The translations under genes were made by a program, and so were the position numbers. DNA of 64,000 nucleotides, taken from positions 3,581-67,580 of the forward strand of contig DATIZH010000027.1 in assembly GCA_035517195.1 (NCBI GenBank), read 5' to 3'. Below the pieces are notes generated by a model. That model was not told the DNA's origin. It ran no database searches and saw nothing but the letters and a program-made list of their open reading frames with translations. This DNA is from Nitrospiria bacterium (GTDB taxonomy: Bacteria; Nitrospirota; Nitrospiria; JACQCE01). Shown piece after piece: positions 9,701 through 18,411 of this stretch (within the stretch, counting starts at the first letter, position 1; the number at the start of each line of letters is the position of its first letter).

Positions 9701-9882
9701 CCGGCCACCAGCGCCGGGTCGGCGCCGGTGTAGGTGGTCGAGACGGTCACCACCGCGTTCTGAGTCTCCGGGAACTCGCGCACCGGCAGCAGCCCGAGCG
9801 AGCGCAGTCCCAGCACCAGGATCAGCAGGCTGATCACGGTGGCAAGCACCGGTCGGCGGATGAACAGGTCGGTGAAGGTCAT
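6799..9882 (-). CDS. RND efflux transporter, inner-membrane permease (AcrB/MdtB-like)
   Basis: 1027 aa. Typical RND start MTFTDLFIRRPVLATVISLLILVLG, two large periplasmic loops and 12 hydrophobic segments. It lies downstream of the adaptor and outer membrane factor genes. Confidence 0.93.
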   Translation of the reverse strand: MTFTDLFIRRPVLATVISLLILVLGLRSLGLLPVREFPETQNAVVTVSTTYTGADPALVAGFITTPMETSIAQANGIDYLTSTSAQSVSTIQANLRLNYDPNKALTEINTKVNAVLNQLPKESQQPVLTIEIGETIDSMYIGFYSKVLSTNQITDYLIRVAQPKLQTIEGVQTAEILGKHQFALRAWLDPKKMAAYGLTASDVSGALAANDFISAVGRTKGQMVTVDLTAETGLHSVEEFRNLVVKAKNGAIVRLGDVANVTLGSDDYDTAVGFDGQTAVYIGIKVAPSANLLTVIDSVRKAFPPIQAQLPEGLGGKIVYDATKYVNSSIHEVISTLVKSLLIVTLVIFLFLGSLRSVVIPTVAMPLSLIGAFFVMLALGYTINLLTLLSLVLAIGLVVDDAIIVVENVHRHIEEGARPLDAALAGARELAGPIIAITVVLIAVYVPIGFMGGLTGALFTEFAFTLAGAVTVSAVIALTLSPMMGSRLLKPAASGGRGLTAFIDRQFERLRGRYERALHGALNALPVAGVFAAIILVSIYFLYANAKSELAPQEDMGVLISLITASPNATLEQTQLNTRQVYKIFAAYPETDHVFQLDGISGVNTGIAGMVMKPWDERARTTMEMQPIVQQQLNDIAGVRAVAFQRPPLPGGGRGLPVQFVIGTTDSYERLNEVSLALMDRARASGMFMFVDTDLKFDKPQTTVVLDRDKAAQLGLTMADIGGALGSMLGGNYVNYFSLAGRSYKVIPQVMRGERLNAAQLKNYYITTADGAAIPVSTVASLKTVVVPETLNHFQQLNSAMLSAVPAVGITLGQALDELDAEAKSVLPQGYSVDYGGPSRQYKQESSALIVTFFFALIIIFLSLAALFESFRDPLIVLISVPMSICGAMIFISLGVGGASLNIYTEVGLVTLIGLISKHGILIVQFANDLQREGRPKREAVEAAAGIRLRPILMTTAAMVLGVVPLITASGAGAVGRYNMGLVIATGIAIGTLFTLFVVPAMYMFLATDRGVERATVKQGRLVADEQ

Positions 9883-9898
9883 GCGCGACGCCTCCCGG

Positions 9899-11026
9899 TC
9901 ACTCCTCCGGCGGCTGCGGCGCGGGATTGTTGCTGGGCGTGATCGAGTTGTCGATGACCACGGGGCTCCCGTTCTTGAGCTTGAGCTGGCCGCTCGTGAC
10001 GACCATCGCGCCGGGCTTGAGGCCCTCGGCGATGGCCACCTGGTCGCCGCGCGTCTCCCCCACGGTCACGAACGTCTGCCGGGCGATGAGCTGCGGCTTG
10101 CCGTCCGGCCCCTTGCCCTCTTCCACCACGTAGACGCTGTCGCCGTAGGGGTTGTAGCTGACGGAGGTCTGCGGCAGCGTCAGGTAGGGCGCGGGCCGGC
10201 CGGCCTCGACGGCGACCGACGCGTACATCCCGGGCAGCAACAGGTGCTTGGGATTGGCGAGCGTCGCCTCGATCTGGATGTTGCGGGTCTCGGGATCGAC
10301 CTTCGGGTTGATCGCGGTGATGGCGCCGGTGAACGCGCGGCCGGGCCAGCTGTCGGTCGTCGCCGTGACCGTCTGCCCGAGGCCGAGGCGCGACAGCTGC
10401 TGCTGGGGCAGGGTGAAATCGACAAAGATCGGATCGAGCGACTGGAGGGTGACGATCTTGTCCCCGGGGTTGACATACTGGCCGAGATTGACGGCGTTGA
10501 TGCCCAGGCGCCCGGCGAACGGCGCCCGGATCGCCTTTTTCTCGACGATCGCCTTCTGCTCGGCCGCCTGGGCCTCCTTGCTTTTCAGATCGGCCGAGTC
10601 GGCGTCCAGCACCGCCTGGCTGACCGCCTGGATCTTGAATTGCGCCTGGTCGCGCTCGTAGACGGTGCGGGCCAGCTCGGCGGCCGCCTCCAGCGCGCGC
10701 AGCTGGGCCAGATCCGCGTCGGCGTTGAGCTGGACGATCAGCTGCCCCTCCGTCGCCTCCTCGCCCGACTTGAACCGGACCTCGCGCACCAGGCCGGCGA
10801 TTTCGGTGGTCACGTCGACGCCGTGCACGGCGCGCAGGCTGCCGACGGCCTCCAGCTTCGGCTGCCAGTCCTGCAGCTCAGCCTTCATCGCCGTCACCTT
10901 CGACGGCGGCATTTTCATCCCCGCCATGAATTCCTTGATCTTCTTCGCCTTGAAGGCCTGAAAGCCGAAGATGGCGCCGAACAGCAGGCCGACGATCAGG
11001 AGCATGATGATCATACGCTTGGCCAT
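9899..11026 (-). CDS. RND efflux periplasmic adaptor (membrane fusion protein)
   Basis: Membrane anchor MAKRMIIMLLIVGLLFGAIFG followed by coiled-coil and beta-barrel regions typical of the HlyD/AcrA family. Start trimmed to ATG 11026, because the track start at 11107 lies inside a repeat element. Confidence 0.88.
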   Translation of the reverse strand: MAKRMIIMLLIVGLLFGAIFGFQAFKAKKIKEFMAGMKMPPSKVTAMKAELQDWQPKLEAVGSLRAVHGVDVTTEIAGLVREVRFKSGEEATEGQLIVQLNADADLAQLRALEAAAELARTVYERDQAQFKIQAVSQAVLDADSADLKSKEAQAAEQKAIVEKKAIRAPFAGRLGINAVNLGQYVNPGDKIVTLQSLDPIFVDFTLPQQQLSRLGLGQTVTATTDSWPGRAFTGAITAINPKVDPETRNIQIEATLANPKHLLLPGMYASVAVEAGRPAPYLTLPQTSVSYNPYGDSVYVVEEGKGPDGKPQLIARQTFVTVGETRGDQVAIAEGLKPGAMVVTSGQLKLKNGSPVVIDNSITPSNNPAPQPPEE

Positions 11027-11046
11027 TAGAAGCTCTCTTATAATAT

Positions 11047-11260
11047 GTGGGGGCCCGTGCGGAAGAAGCTGGGAAAGGTCCTCCGTTGCCCCCACGCCCC
11101 GAGCCAATTTTTTTCTACCATCGGCCGCAAGATCCCCCCGGATTTCTCCAGACGCAGGAAACGTATCGCTCTCCCGTACCTTCCGCGCCCATCAGCCAAT
11201 GGGGGGTGGCGGGGGGAGATAGCGTCTCCCCCCGCATTCGATAAACGGCCCTTGCGGATC
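11047..11260 (+). repeat. Composite repeat of about 210 bp (hairpin A, conserved spacer, hairpin B) between the outer membrane factor and adaptor genes
   Basis: Hairpin A is at 11047-11095 and hairpin B (GGGGGGAGATAGCGTCTCCCCCC) at 11211-11233. The spacer ...ACCATCGGCCGCAAG..GGATTTCTC..GAAACGTATCGCTCTCCCGTACCTTCCG..ATCAGCCAATGGGGGG aligns with 13547-13760. Confidence 0.85.
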
Positions 11261-11283
11261 ATCTCATTCAGCATGCCGGTTCC

Positions 11284-12807
11284 TCATTTTGCCGAGACTG
11301 CCGTCGGGGGGACCGGCGGGATCGGCCCGCCCCGGTTCCACCAGCCGCCGCCCAGCGCTTCGAACAGCGCCGCCGTATCGGAATAGCGCTGGGCCTGGGC
11401 CTGGATCAACAGCACCTGCGTGAGGCGGTACTGCCGTTGGGCCACCAGCAGGGAAAGAAAATTCACGGCCCCCAGATCGAACTGTTTCTGCGTCATTTCC
11501 AGCGCGTCGCGCGCGGTCGCTTCGGCCTTCACCTGCGCCTGGAGCCGCTCGGCGTCCAGATCCAGCGCGCGCAGCACGTCGGCCACGTTCCGGAATGCGA
11601 GCAGCACCGTTTCCCGGTAGAGCGCCGCCGCCTGGTCGTAGGCGTCGACGGCGGCGCGCCGCTTGGCCCTCAACTCCCCGCCGTGAAAGACCGGCTGGAG
11701 CAGCGCCGCCCCCAGGCTCCAGACGGCGGAGGGGCCGCTGAACAGATCGCTGATGTGGGCCGCTTCGGAGCCGACGCTGCCCGTCAGCGTGATCTGCGGG
11801 AACATCGCCGCCGTGGCCACGCCGATGTCGGCGCTCGTCTGATGCAGCAGCGCCTCGGAGGCGAGCACGTCGGGCCGCTGGCGGACCACCGCCGAGGGCA
11901 GGCTGACCGGCAGCTCCTGAGGCAGCTCGAGCGCGTCGAGTCTGAATTCCGGCAGCGCCGCCGAGCCCTCCTGGCCTGCATCAATAGGGAAGGCGCCCAC
12001 CAGCGCGGCGAGTTGATGGCGGGTCTGGGCCAGCGCCAGCTGCAGCGGCGGCAGCGTCGCCCTCAACTGCGCCAGTTGCGTCTCCTGGGCAAGCACGTCC
12101 GAGCGAGAGGCCGCGCCCAGCTGGAATTGCCGCTCGACGATGCCGGCCTGTCGCTCCAGATCGCTGATCATCTCCTTCGTCGCTCGAATCTGCTCGCGCA
12201 GCGACGCCTCGGTGATCGCCGACGTCACGATATTGGCGGTCAGCGCCAGGTGCGCCCCCTCCAGCTGATAGCCCTGATAATCGACCTGGGCGCCCAGCGA
12301 TTCGAGCCCGCGCCGCCCGCCGCCGAACAGGTCGAGCGAGTAGGAGACGCCGACCGAGGCGTTGTACAGATTGAACGTGCTGCTCGGAACACTCGGCTGG
12401 CCGAACGCGGCGCTTGAGAACTGCTGCTTTTCGGCCGAAAAGGAGGCGTCCACGGCCGGGTAGAGCACTTCTCCGGTCAGGGCCCGGCGGTTCTCCTGCG
12501 ACTGGCGGAGCGACGCCTGCGCGGCGGCAAGCGTGGGGCTGTTGGCCAGCGCCCGGCGGATCAATTGATCGAGCGGCGGCGAGTGAAAGAGCGTCCACCA
12601 TTCGGCGGGAATCTCCCGGTCGGAGAGGAAGCGCTGCGATGCGCCTCCCGTGCCTTGGGCGGACGCCGTCTCGGGCGGAAGCGGCGTCTCCGTGTAGCCG
12701 GTCACGGCGGGCGGTTGCGGCCGCTTGAAATCCGGGCCGACCATGCAGCCGGCGAGCAGCGCCGCGGCGGCGGCCGCCAGTCCGGCGGCCAGAAGGGTTC
12801 GTGTCAT
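11284..12807 (-). CDS. RND efflux outer membrane lipoprotein, NodT family
   Basis: Start trimmed to ATG 12805-12807 (MTRTLLAAGLAAAAAALLAGCMVGPDFKRPQPP, the canonical NodT lipobox and GPDF motif). The track ORF of 733 aa reads through tetR in another frame. The ATG overlaps the tetR stop as ATGA. Confidence 0.9.
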   Translation of the reverse strand: MTRTLLAAGLAAAAAALLAGCMVGPDFKRPQPPAVTGYTETPLPPETASAQGTGGASQRFLSDREIPAEWWTLFHSPPLDQLIRRALANSPTLAAAQASLRQSQENRRALTGEVLYPAVDASFSAEKQQFSSAAFGQPSVPSSTFNLYNASVGVSYSLDLFGGGRRGLESLGAQVDYQGYQLEGAHLALTANIVTSAITEASLREQIRATKEMISDLERQAGIVERQFQLGAASRSDVLAQETQLAQLRATLPPLQLALAQTRHQLAALVGAFPIDAGQEGSAALPEFRLDALELPQELPVSLPSAVVRQRPDVLASEALLHQTSADIGVATAAMFPQITLTGSVGSEAAHISDLFSGPSAVWSLGAALLQPVFHGGELRAKRRAAVDAYDQAAALYRETVLLAFRNVADVLRALDLDAERLQAQVKAEATARDALEMTQKQFDLGAVNFLSLLVAQRQYRLTQVLLIQAQAQRYSDTAALFEALGGGWWNRGGPIPPVPPTAVSAK

Positions 12808-13469
12808 TCCGGCCTCCGCGTGACCCGCCGCCGCTTGAGCGACGCCAGGGCGCCCAGCGAGAAGGCGGTGATGTGGTCGGCGAGCCGTTCGATGTCCCCC
12901 GCACCGAAGGTCTGCCCCGGGCACAGACGGGCGACGACCGACCGGTTGTGGCGGTAAAAGGTGCATTGCCCGACGATGCTGAAGGCGCATACGGTCACCG
13001 ATGCGTCGTTCAGACGGCCGCCGGTGAGCTCCCGGACGATCGCCTTGAGCCGGGACACGTCGGGGCGGATCCGTTCCTCGACCAGCGTGTCGAGCAGGCG
13101 GGTCGGCTCGATCATTTCCAGCGCGACGAGCTTCATGAGCCAGGCCGGACGCCCCCCGTCGAAAAATCGGACCAGCAGGCCGCGGATGAAGAGGCGCAAC
13201 CGCTGCTCCGGTTTCTTCCCGCGTTCCTCCGCCTCGACCTCCGGCGCCGCGCAGGCGCCGGCGTACTGGAAGACGGCGGCGTAGAGCCCCTCCTTGTCGC
13301 GGAAGTGGTAATTGACGGCGGCGACGTTGGCCCCGGCCCGCCGGCAGATGTCCCGGACGTTCGTGTTGCGGAAGCCCCGGTCGGCGAAGAGTGCCCCGGC
13401 CGCATCGAGCAGCCGCTGCTTGGTGGCAAGGTCCTTCTGCCGTTGGCGCATGACGGAGTGCATGGGCAT
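12804..13469 (-). CDS. TetR/AcrR-family transcriptional regulator
   Basis: N-terminal HTH segment TKQRLLDAAGALFADRGFRNTNVRDICRRAGANVAAVNYHFRDKEGLY. It is the first gene of the efflux cluster. Confidence 0.9.
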   Translation of the reverse strand: MPMHSVMRQRQKDLATKQRLLDAAGALFADRGFRNTNVRDICRRAGANVAAVNYHFRDKEGLYAAVFQYAGACAAPEVEAEERGKKPEQRLRLFIRGLLVRFFDGGRPAWLMKLVALEMIEPTRLLDTLVEERIRPDVSRLKAIVRELTGGRLNDASVTVCAFSIVGQCTFYRHNRSVVARLCPGQTFGAGDIERLADHITAFSLGALASLKRRRVTRRPE

Positions 13470-13546
13470 TCTGCTTTAAGCGCATGTATAAAACACCTGT
13501 TTGACGTTCGTCAAGTGGTTTTTTTGGCGGCGCGGATCATCGTAAT

Positions 13547-13760
13547 GTGGGGGCCCGCGCGGAAGGGGCGGAGAAAGGTCCTCCGATGCCCCCACACCCC
13601 AAGCCGCCATTTTTTCCCATCGGCCGTATTGTGCCCTCGATTTCTCTCGTCGTAAAAGCGTATCGCTCTTTCGTACCTTCCGTGACAATCAGTCAATGGG
13701 GGGGGGGGCGGGGGGAGAGAGCGTCTCCCCCCGCATTCAATCAATGGCCCGTACGGAAGG
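13547..13760 (+). repeat. Composite repeat (hairpin A, spacer, hairpin B), second copy, upstream of tetR
   Basis: Hairpin A is at 13547-13595 and hairpin B (GGGGGGAGAGAGCGTCTCCCCCC) at 13710-13732. It is collinear with 11047-11260. Confidence 0.85.
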
Positions 13761-13950
13761 GCTGTCGGAATCCAGCCGCCTCACCGACTTGGCGGCGCGC
13801 ACGAACTCGCTGCTCCTTCCTCGTCGAAGTGTGAAGCATTGAATAAATTCCCCGAACGCCCTGCGTTCGGGTTGGCAATGCCCCCACACCCCAAGCCAAC
13901 TTTTGCCTACCATTGGCCACAAGTTACCCCTGGATTTCCTCGCCTTGCTT
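13744..13950 (+). repeat. Long-loop variant of hairpin A plus the conserved tail
   Basis: ATGGCCCGTACGGAAGGGCTG...CATTGAATAAATTCCCCGAACGCC...GCAATGCCCCCACACCCCAAGCCAAC TTTTGCCTACCATTGGCCACAAGTTACCCCTGGATTTCC. Same architecture as 6701-6797. Confidence 0.75.
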
Positions 13951-13984
13951 CCCTTCATCCCATCTTCTATAATCGCCGACAATC

Positions 13985-15301
<1,317 letters not shown>

Positions 15302-15307
15302 GATGCC

Positions 15308-15583
15308 GTGGGACCGCCGACGCTCAGCCAGTTCGTCATCGCCATCCTGGTCTGGGTCATCTATTTCTTCGTGGTGGCCTTCGCCTGCGCCAAACTCTAC
15401 TTCAAACTGCGCGGACAGCCGCCCGCGCCCAACCAGACCGTGATCGTCGATGGCAAATCGGTGTCGGCGCTCGCCCGGTGGGAGGCGCGTGACAAGCGGT
15501 TGCAGCGGGTGATGATCGCAATCGGGCTCGCGCTGGGGCTGATCGTCCCGCTGATCCTGCCCTGGCTGGTGCGGGCCGGCTAG
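15308..15583 (+). CDS. Small hypothetical membrane protein (two predicted TM segments)
   Basis: 91 aa with hydrophobic stretches FVIAILVWVIYFFVVAFACA and VMIAIGLALGLIVPLILPWL. GTG start 6 nt after the hisS stop. Confidence 0.4.
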   Translation: MGPPTLSQFVIAILVWVIYFFVVAFACAKLYFKLRGQPPAPNQTVIVDGKSVSALARWEARDKRLQRVMIAIGLALGLIVPLILPWLVRAG

Positions 15584-15604
15584 GGCGGCGAGATACTGAT
15601 CGTC

Positions 15605-16444
15605 ATGCGTGTGCGTGTCGGGCTGTTCCTGTTCATCGCCATGGCCCTCGTTCTCCCGACCATCGGCTGTCAACGCGCCGGCCCAGCCGGATCGCCCGGC
15701 ATGGTGCGCATCCCCGCCGGCCCGTTCATCATGGGCAGCGATCAACGGGATGCCGGGAAAAGGGGGCTCTCGTACGGAATCATCAAACCCTGGTATGAAG
15801 ATGAACACCCCGCTCGGACGGTCACCCTGCCGGCGTATGAGATCGACGTCTACGAGGTCACCAACGAACAATACGCCGGATTTGTGAAGGCCACGAATCA
15901 TCGCGTTCCGCCCTCGTGGACCAACGGGCGCTATCCGGCGGGACAGGAACGCTTCCCCGTCACCTACGTGACGTGGGATGACGCGAACGGCTATTGCGGC
16001 TGGGCCGGCAAGGCGCTCCCGACCGAAGCGCAGTGGGAAAAGGCGGCACGAGGCGCGGACGGCCGGCTCTATCCCTGGGGCACTGCGTTTGATCCCGACA
16101 AGGCGAATGTCGGCGGCCTGCACGGCGGACTCAAACCGGTGGGCAGTTTCGAGGCGGGCAAAAGCCCCTACGGCGTCTACGACATGGTCGGGAACGTGTC
16201 GGAGTGGACCGCCGACTGGTACGAGCCCTATCCCGGGTACGAGACGGCCAGCGACTATCTGAACAAGAAATTCGGTCGCACGTACAAAGTCATCCGGGGC
16301 GGGTCCTGGTCGTCGCTCGGCCATTATTCCAGGACGGACGCCATGATCGTGATGGGCTACTACTCACGCGCCTCCTCTCGATTCTTTTTCGATCCCCGGG
16401 GATTGTTTGACGACGTCGGCTTTCGCTGCGTGAAACCCGCCTGA
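15605..16444 (+). CDS. Formylglycine-generating enzyme (SUMF1/FGE) family protein, probable lipoprotein
   Basis: Family-typical blocks are MVRIPAGPFIMGS, YEIDVYEVTNEQYAGFV, VTWDDANGYCGWAGKALPTEAQWEKAARG, YDMVGNVSEWTADW, RGGSW and GFRCV. The N-terminus (LVLPTIGC) looks like a signal peptide with lipobox. Confidence 0.85.
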   Translation: MRVRVGLFLFIAMALVLPTIGCQRAGPAGSPGMVRIPAGPFIMGSDQRDAGKRGLSYGIIKPWYEDEHPARTVTLPAYEIDVYEVTNEQYAGFVKATNHRVPPSWTNGRYPAGQERFPVTYVTWDDANGYCGWAGKALPTEAQWEKAARGADGRLYPWGTAFDPDKANVGGLHGGLKPVGSFEAGKSPYGVYDMVGNVSEWTADWYEPYPGYETASDYLNKKFGRTYKVIRGGSWSSLGHYSRTDAMIVMGYYSRASSRFFFDPRGLFDDVGFRCVKPA

Positions 16445-16541
16445 GCCATCCCGCCGCGACCCCTTGCCGGGAGAGCGAACATTAAAACGCTTGAATCGTC
16501 ACCCTGCCGAATTCTATAATGGAACCAGGAAAGGAGCTGTC

Positions 16542-17909
16542 ATGCAGGGCACGTTATCCTTTCTGTCCCTCCTCATCGTTCTTGCCTCCCTGACCTTGAT
16601 CCCTGTTCCTACGGAAGCGGCCATCTATTCCTGGCGGGACGCCAACGGCGTCGTCACCTATAGCAACTCGCCACCGGCTCTTGCCGGCACCGCCCAGGTG
16701 TCCGTTCGCGCGACCGAGGCGGTCGATCCGGGACCATTTGACCCGGTATCAGCCGACACGACGCTCGTCGACGCCGATCAGCCTCAGCCGCCGGAGCGCG
16801 CTCCCTACGTGGCCACGGAAGGTGACTTCATCCTCCAGCTTGTCAGGGAGCTGGGGCTTGGGGATCCGTCCGACGCCCGGCAGGCGGCCGACGTTCTGAC
16901 CAACCTGCGTATTGCCCCGCCGCTCGGCACGTGGCAATTCGACGAACCGATGACGCCGGAGCTGACGATCCGCCTCAGGCAGCTGTCAGTCGCGGCGGCC
17001 GATCGCGGCGACATCGACATCTCGCCGGAGCAGGCCTTGCTCGCCTTCGACACGGCGGCCGCGCTTCTGAACGTCGACATTCCGGCCGCGGCCGATCAGC
17101 AATCGATCCCGGACGATGCCTACCCGATCGCCGATCTGCCGCCCCTGGTCGACATGTATCAACCCTCGCCGGACTTCTCTCCCTACTATGTCTGGACGCC
17201 GGTGTACGGCGGCTTCTGGTGGGGATACAACTTCTTTCCCGGCTATTGGGTGCTGAATGTCGGTCTCTTCTGCGACCATTATGACAACCATTATTACGGT
17301 CACGGCCATTATGGCGGTCATGATCATCGATCTTACGATCATGGGTACCGCGGCGGCGCCCGCTTCGCGTCGATCGATCCCTCCCACATCAGCCATCATA
17401 TGAACGGGCACATCCAGGATCATCAACTGCGCGGACATTCGCCGGCCGGCCGGACGGTGTCTTCGCCGGGTCAACCCCGTTCGCCCTTCGCGGCCATGCC
17501 GTCCCGCCATACCGGCCTTTACTCGCCGCGACCCGTCGCGCCGGATCGTGCGTCGTACGCCAGGCCGCTTTCGACGGCCCGGACGCCGTTCCGGTCGTCG
17601 TCCTATTATTCCCCGTCGCTCCGTGCCCGTTCCTTCCACGGCTCGACGTACGTCGCGCCCTCCTCCCGCGCGTCGTCATTCCGCGGGACCTACCTGTCGC
17701 CCCGATCGACGGGCAGAAGCGCCTTGATGTCCCAGTCGATGCGCCGTTTCGGCGGGTCTGGCGTCGCGTCGTCACGACCGTCATTCCACGGCGGGATGGG
17801 GGGGACGCGGAGCTCCGGCTTCTCGTCAGGCGGCGGACGGTTTTCCGGCGGGCGGGCCCACTCCTCGGGCAGGGGCGTCTCGTCCGCAGGTTCGTCCTCC
17901 CATCGCTAG
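16542..17909 (+). CDS. DUF4124-like secreted protein with a His/Tyr/Gly-rich segment and a Ser/Arg-rich tail
   Basis: Start trimmed to ATG 16542, with AAGGAG 5 nt upstream and TATAAT at 16515-16520. After the signal peptide comes IYSWRDANGVVTYSNSPP, the DUF4124 signature. Later segments are HYDNHYYGHGHYGGHDHRSYDHGY and a long S/R/P-rich tail. Confidence 0.7.
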   Translation: MQGTLSFLSLLIVLASLTLIPVPTEAAIYSWRDANGVVTYSNSPPALAGTAQVSVRATEAVDPGPFDPVSADTTLVDADQPQPPERAPYVATEGDFILQLVRELGLGDPSDARQAADVLTNLRIAPPLGTWQFDEPMTPELTIRLRQLSVAAADRGDIDISPEQALLAFDTAAALLNVDIPAAADQQSIPDDAYPIADLPPLVDMYQPSPDFSPYYVWTPVYGGFWWGYNFFPGYWVLNVGLFCDHYDNHYYGHGHYGGHDHRSYDHGYRGGARFASIDPSHISHHMNGHIQDHQLRGHSPAGRTVSSPGQPRSPFAAMPSRHTGLYSPRPVAPDRASYARPLSTARTPFRSSSYYSPSLRARSFHGSTYVAPSSRASSFRGTYLSPRSTGRSALMSQSMRRFGGSGVASSRPSFHGGMGGTRSSGFSSGGGRFSGGRAHSSGRGVSSAGSSSHR

Positions 17910-17968
17910 CGGCCGTGCGGCTTCACCCTGGTGACCTCCGCCGTTCCCGTGCCTGACCGGCTCCCTGG

Positions 17969-18376
17969 GTGACAATGAGCGATCGAAGGGGCGAACCACC
18001 ACGGACGCGCCGGCGCCTCATCCCCGTTCTGATACTCGTCGCGGGACTGAGCGGCGCGCTCGCCATCCATCTTCGCGCCGGTCAAGATCGGGACGATGCC
18101 GACAGATATGAGATCGTGAACGGACAGGCCTATCCGGTCAACCCCGAAGACATCGGGAAGTACAGACACGACCTGGAACTCTATGGCGGGACATGGAACG
18201 TGCTCGCGGACCGGATCATGCGCCGGGCGGAAGGCTTCTGGCGAGGCAAGGCGCTCGCCCCGACCGTCGCTGTTCTGACGGTCGTATTCGCCGCCGGCTG
18301 GTACTTCATCGCCGGACTTCCGGCCGGCCCTGAAGACGACGATGAAGGCGAAAAGAGGCGGGTCCGGCTGGATTAA
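17969..18376 (+). CDS. Hypothetical membrane protein
   Basis: 135 aa with two hydrophobic segments (LIPVLILVAGLSGALAI and TVAVLTVVFAAGWYFIAGL). No recognised family. Confidence 0.4.
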   Translation: MTMSDRRGEPPRTRRRLIPVLILVAGLSGALAIHLRAGQDRDDADRYEIVNGQAYPVNPEDIGKYRHDLELYGGTWNVLADRIMRRAEGFWRGKALAPTVAVLTVVFAAGWYFIAGLPAGPEDDDEGEKRRVRLD

Positions 18377-18411
18377 CTTCCCGAGATATTCGCCCTTCGC
18401 TCCCGGTCGAC

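Noticed and set aside
6763-9942. 1059-aa ORF on the plus strand, and many similar long ORFs: 311..2101, 3015..4460, 14633..16324, 40168..41439, 45925..47775, 52378..53685, 57657..59195 and 61670..63343.
   Set aside because: Each lies antisense to a gene with clear family motifs. Their products are Arg/Gly/Pro/Ala/Asp-rich low complexity with no recognisable domain. Long stop-free antisense frames are expected in GC-rich DNA.
11284-13485. 733-aa ORF that appears to fuse the outer membrane factor with upstream sequence. Similar long N-terminal extensions appear in track ORFs 9899..11107, 845..1810, 26975..27934, 22260..24071, 24792..25709, 20083..20874 and 52306..53643.
   Set aside because: The upstream parts run through tetR in another frame, or through repeat elements, and have junk-like composition. 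Internal starts give canonical N-termini (lipobox, Rossmann motif, P-loop) and sensible gene spacing.
11047-13547. Two hairpin A copies start exactly 2,500 bp apart (11047 and 13547).
   Set aside because: There is no biological reason for a round decimal spacing, and other copies show no periodicity. I treat this as coincidence.
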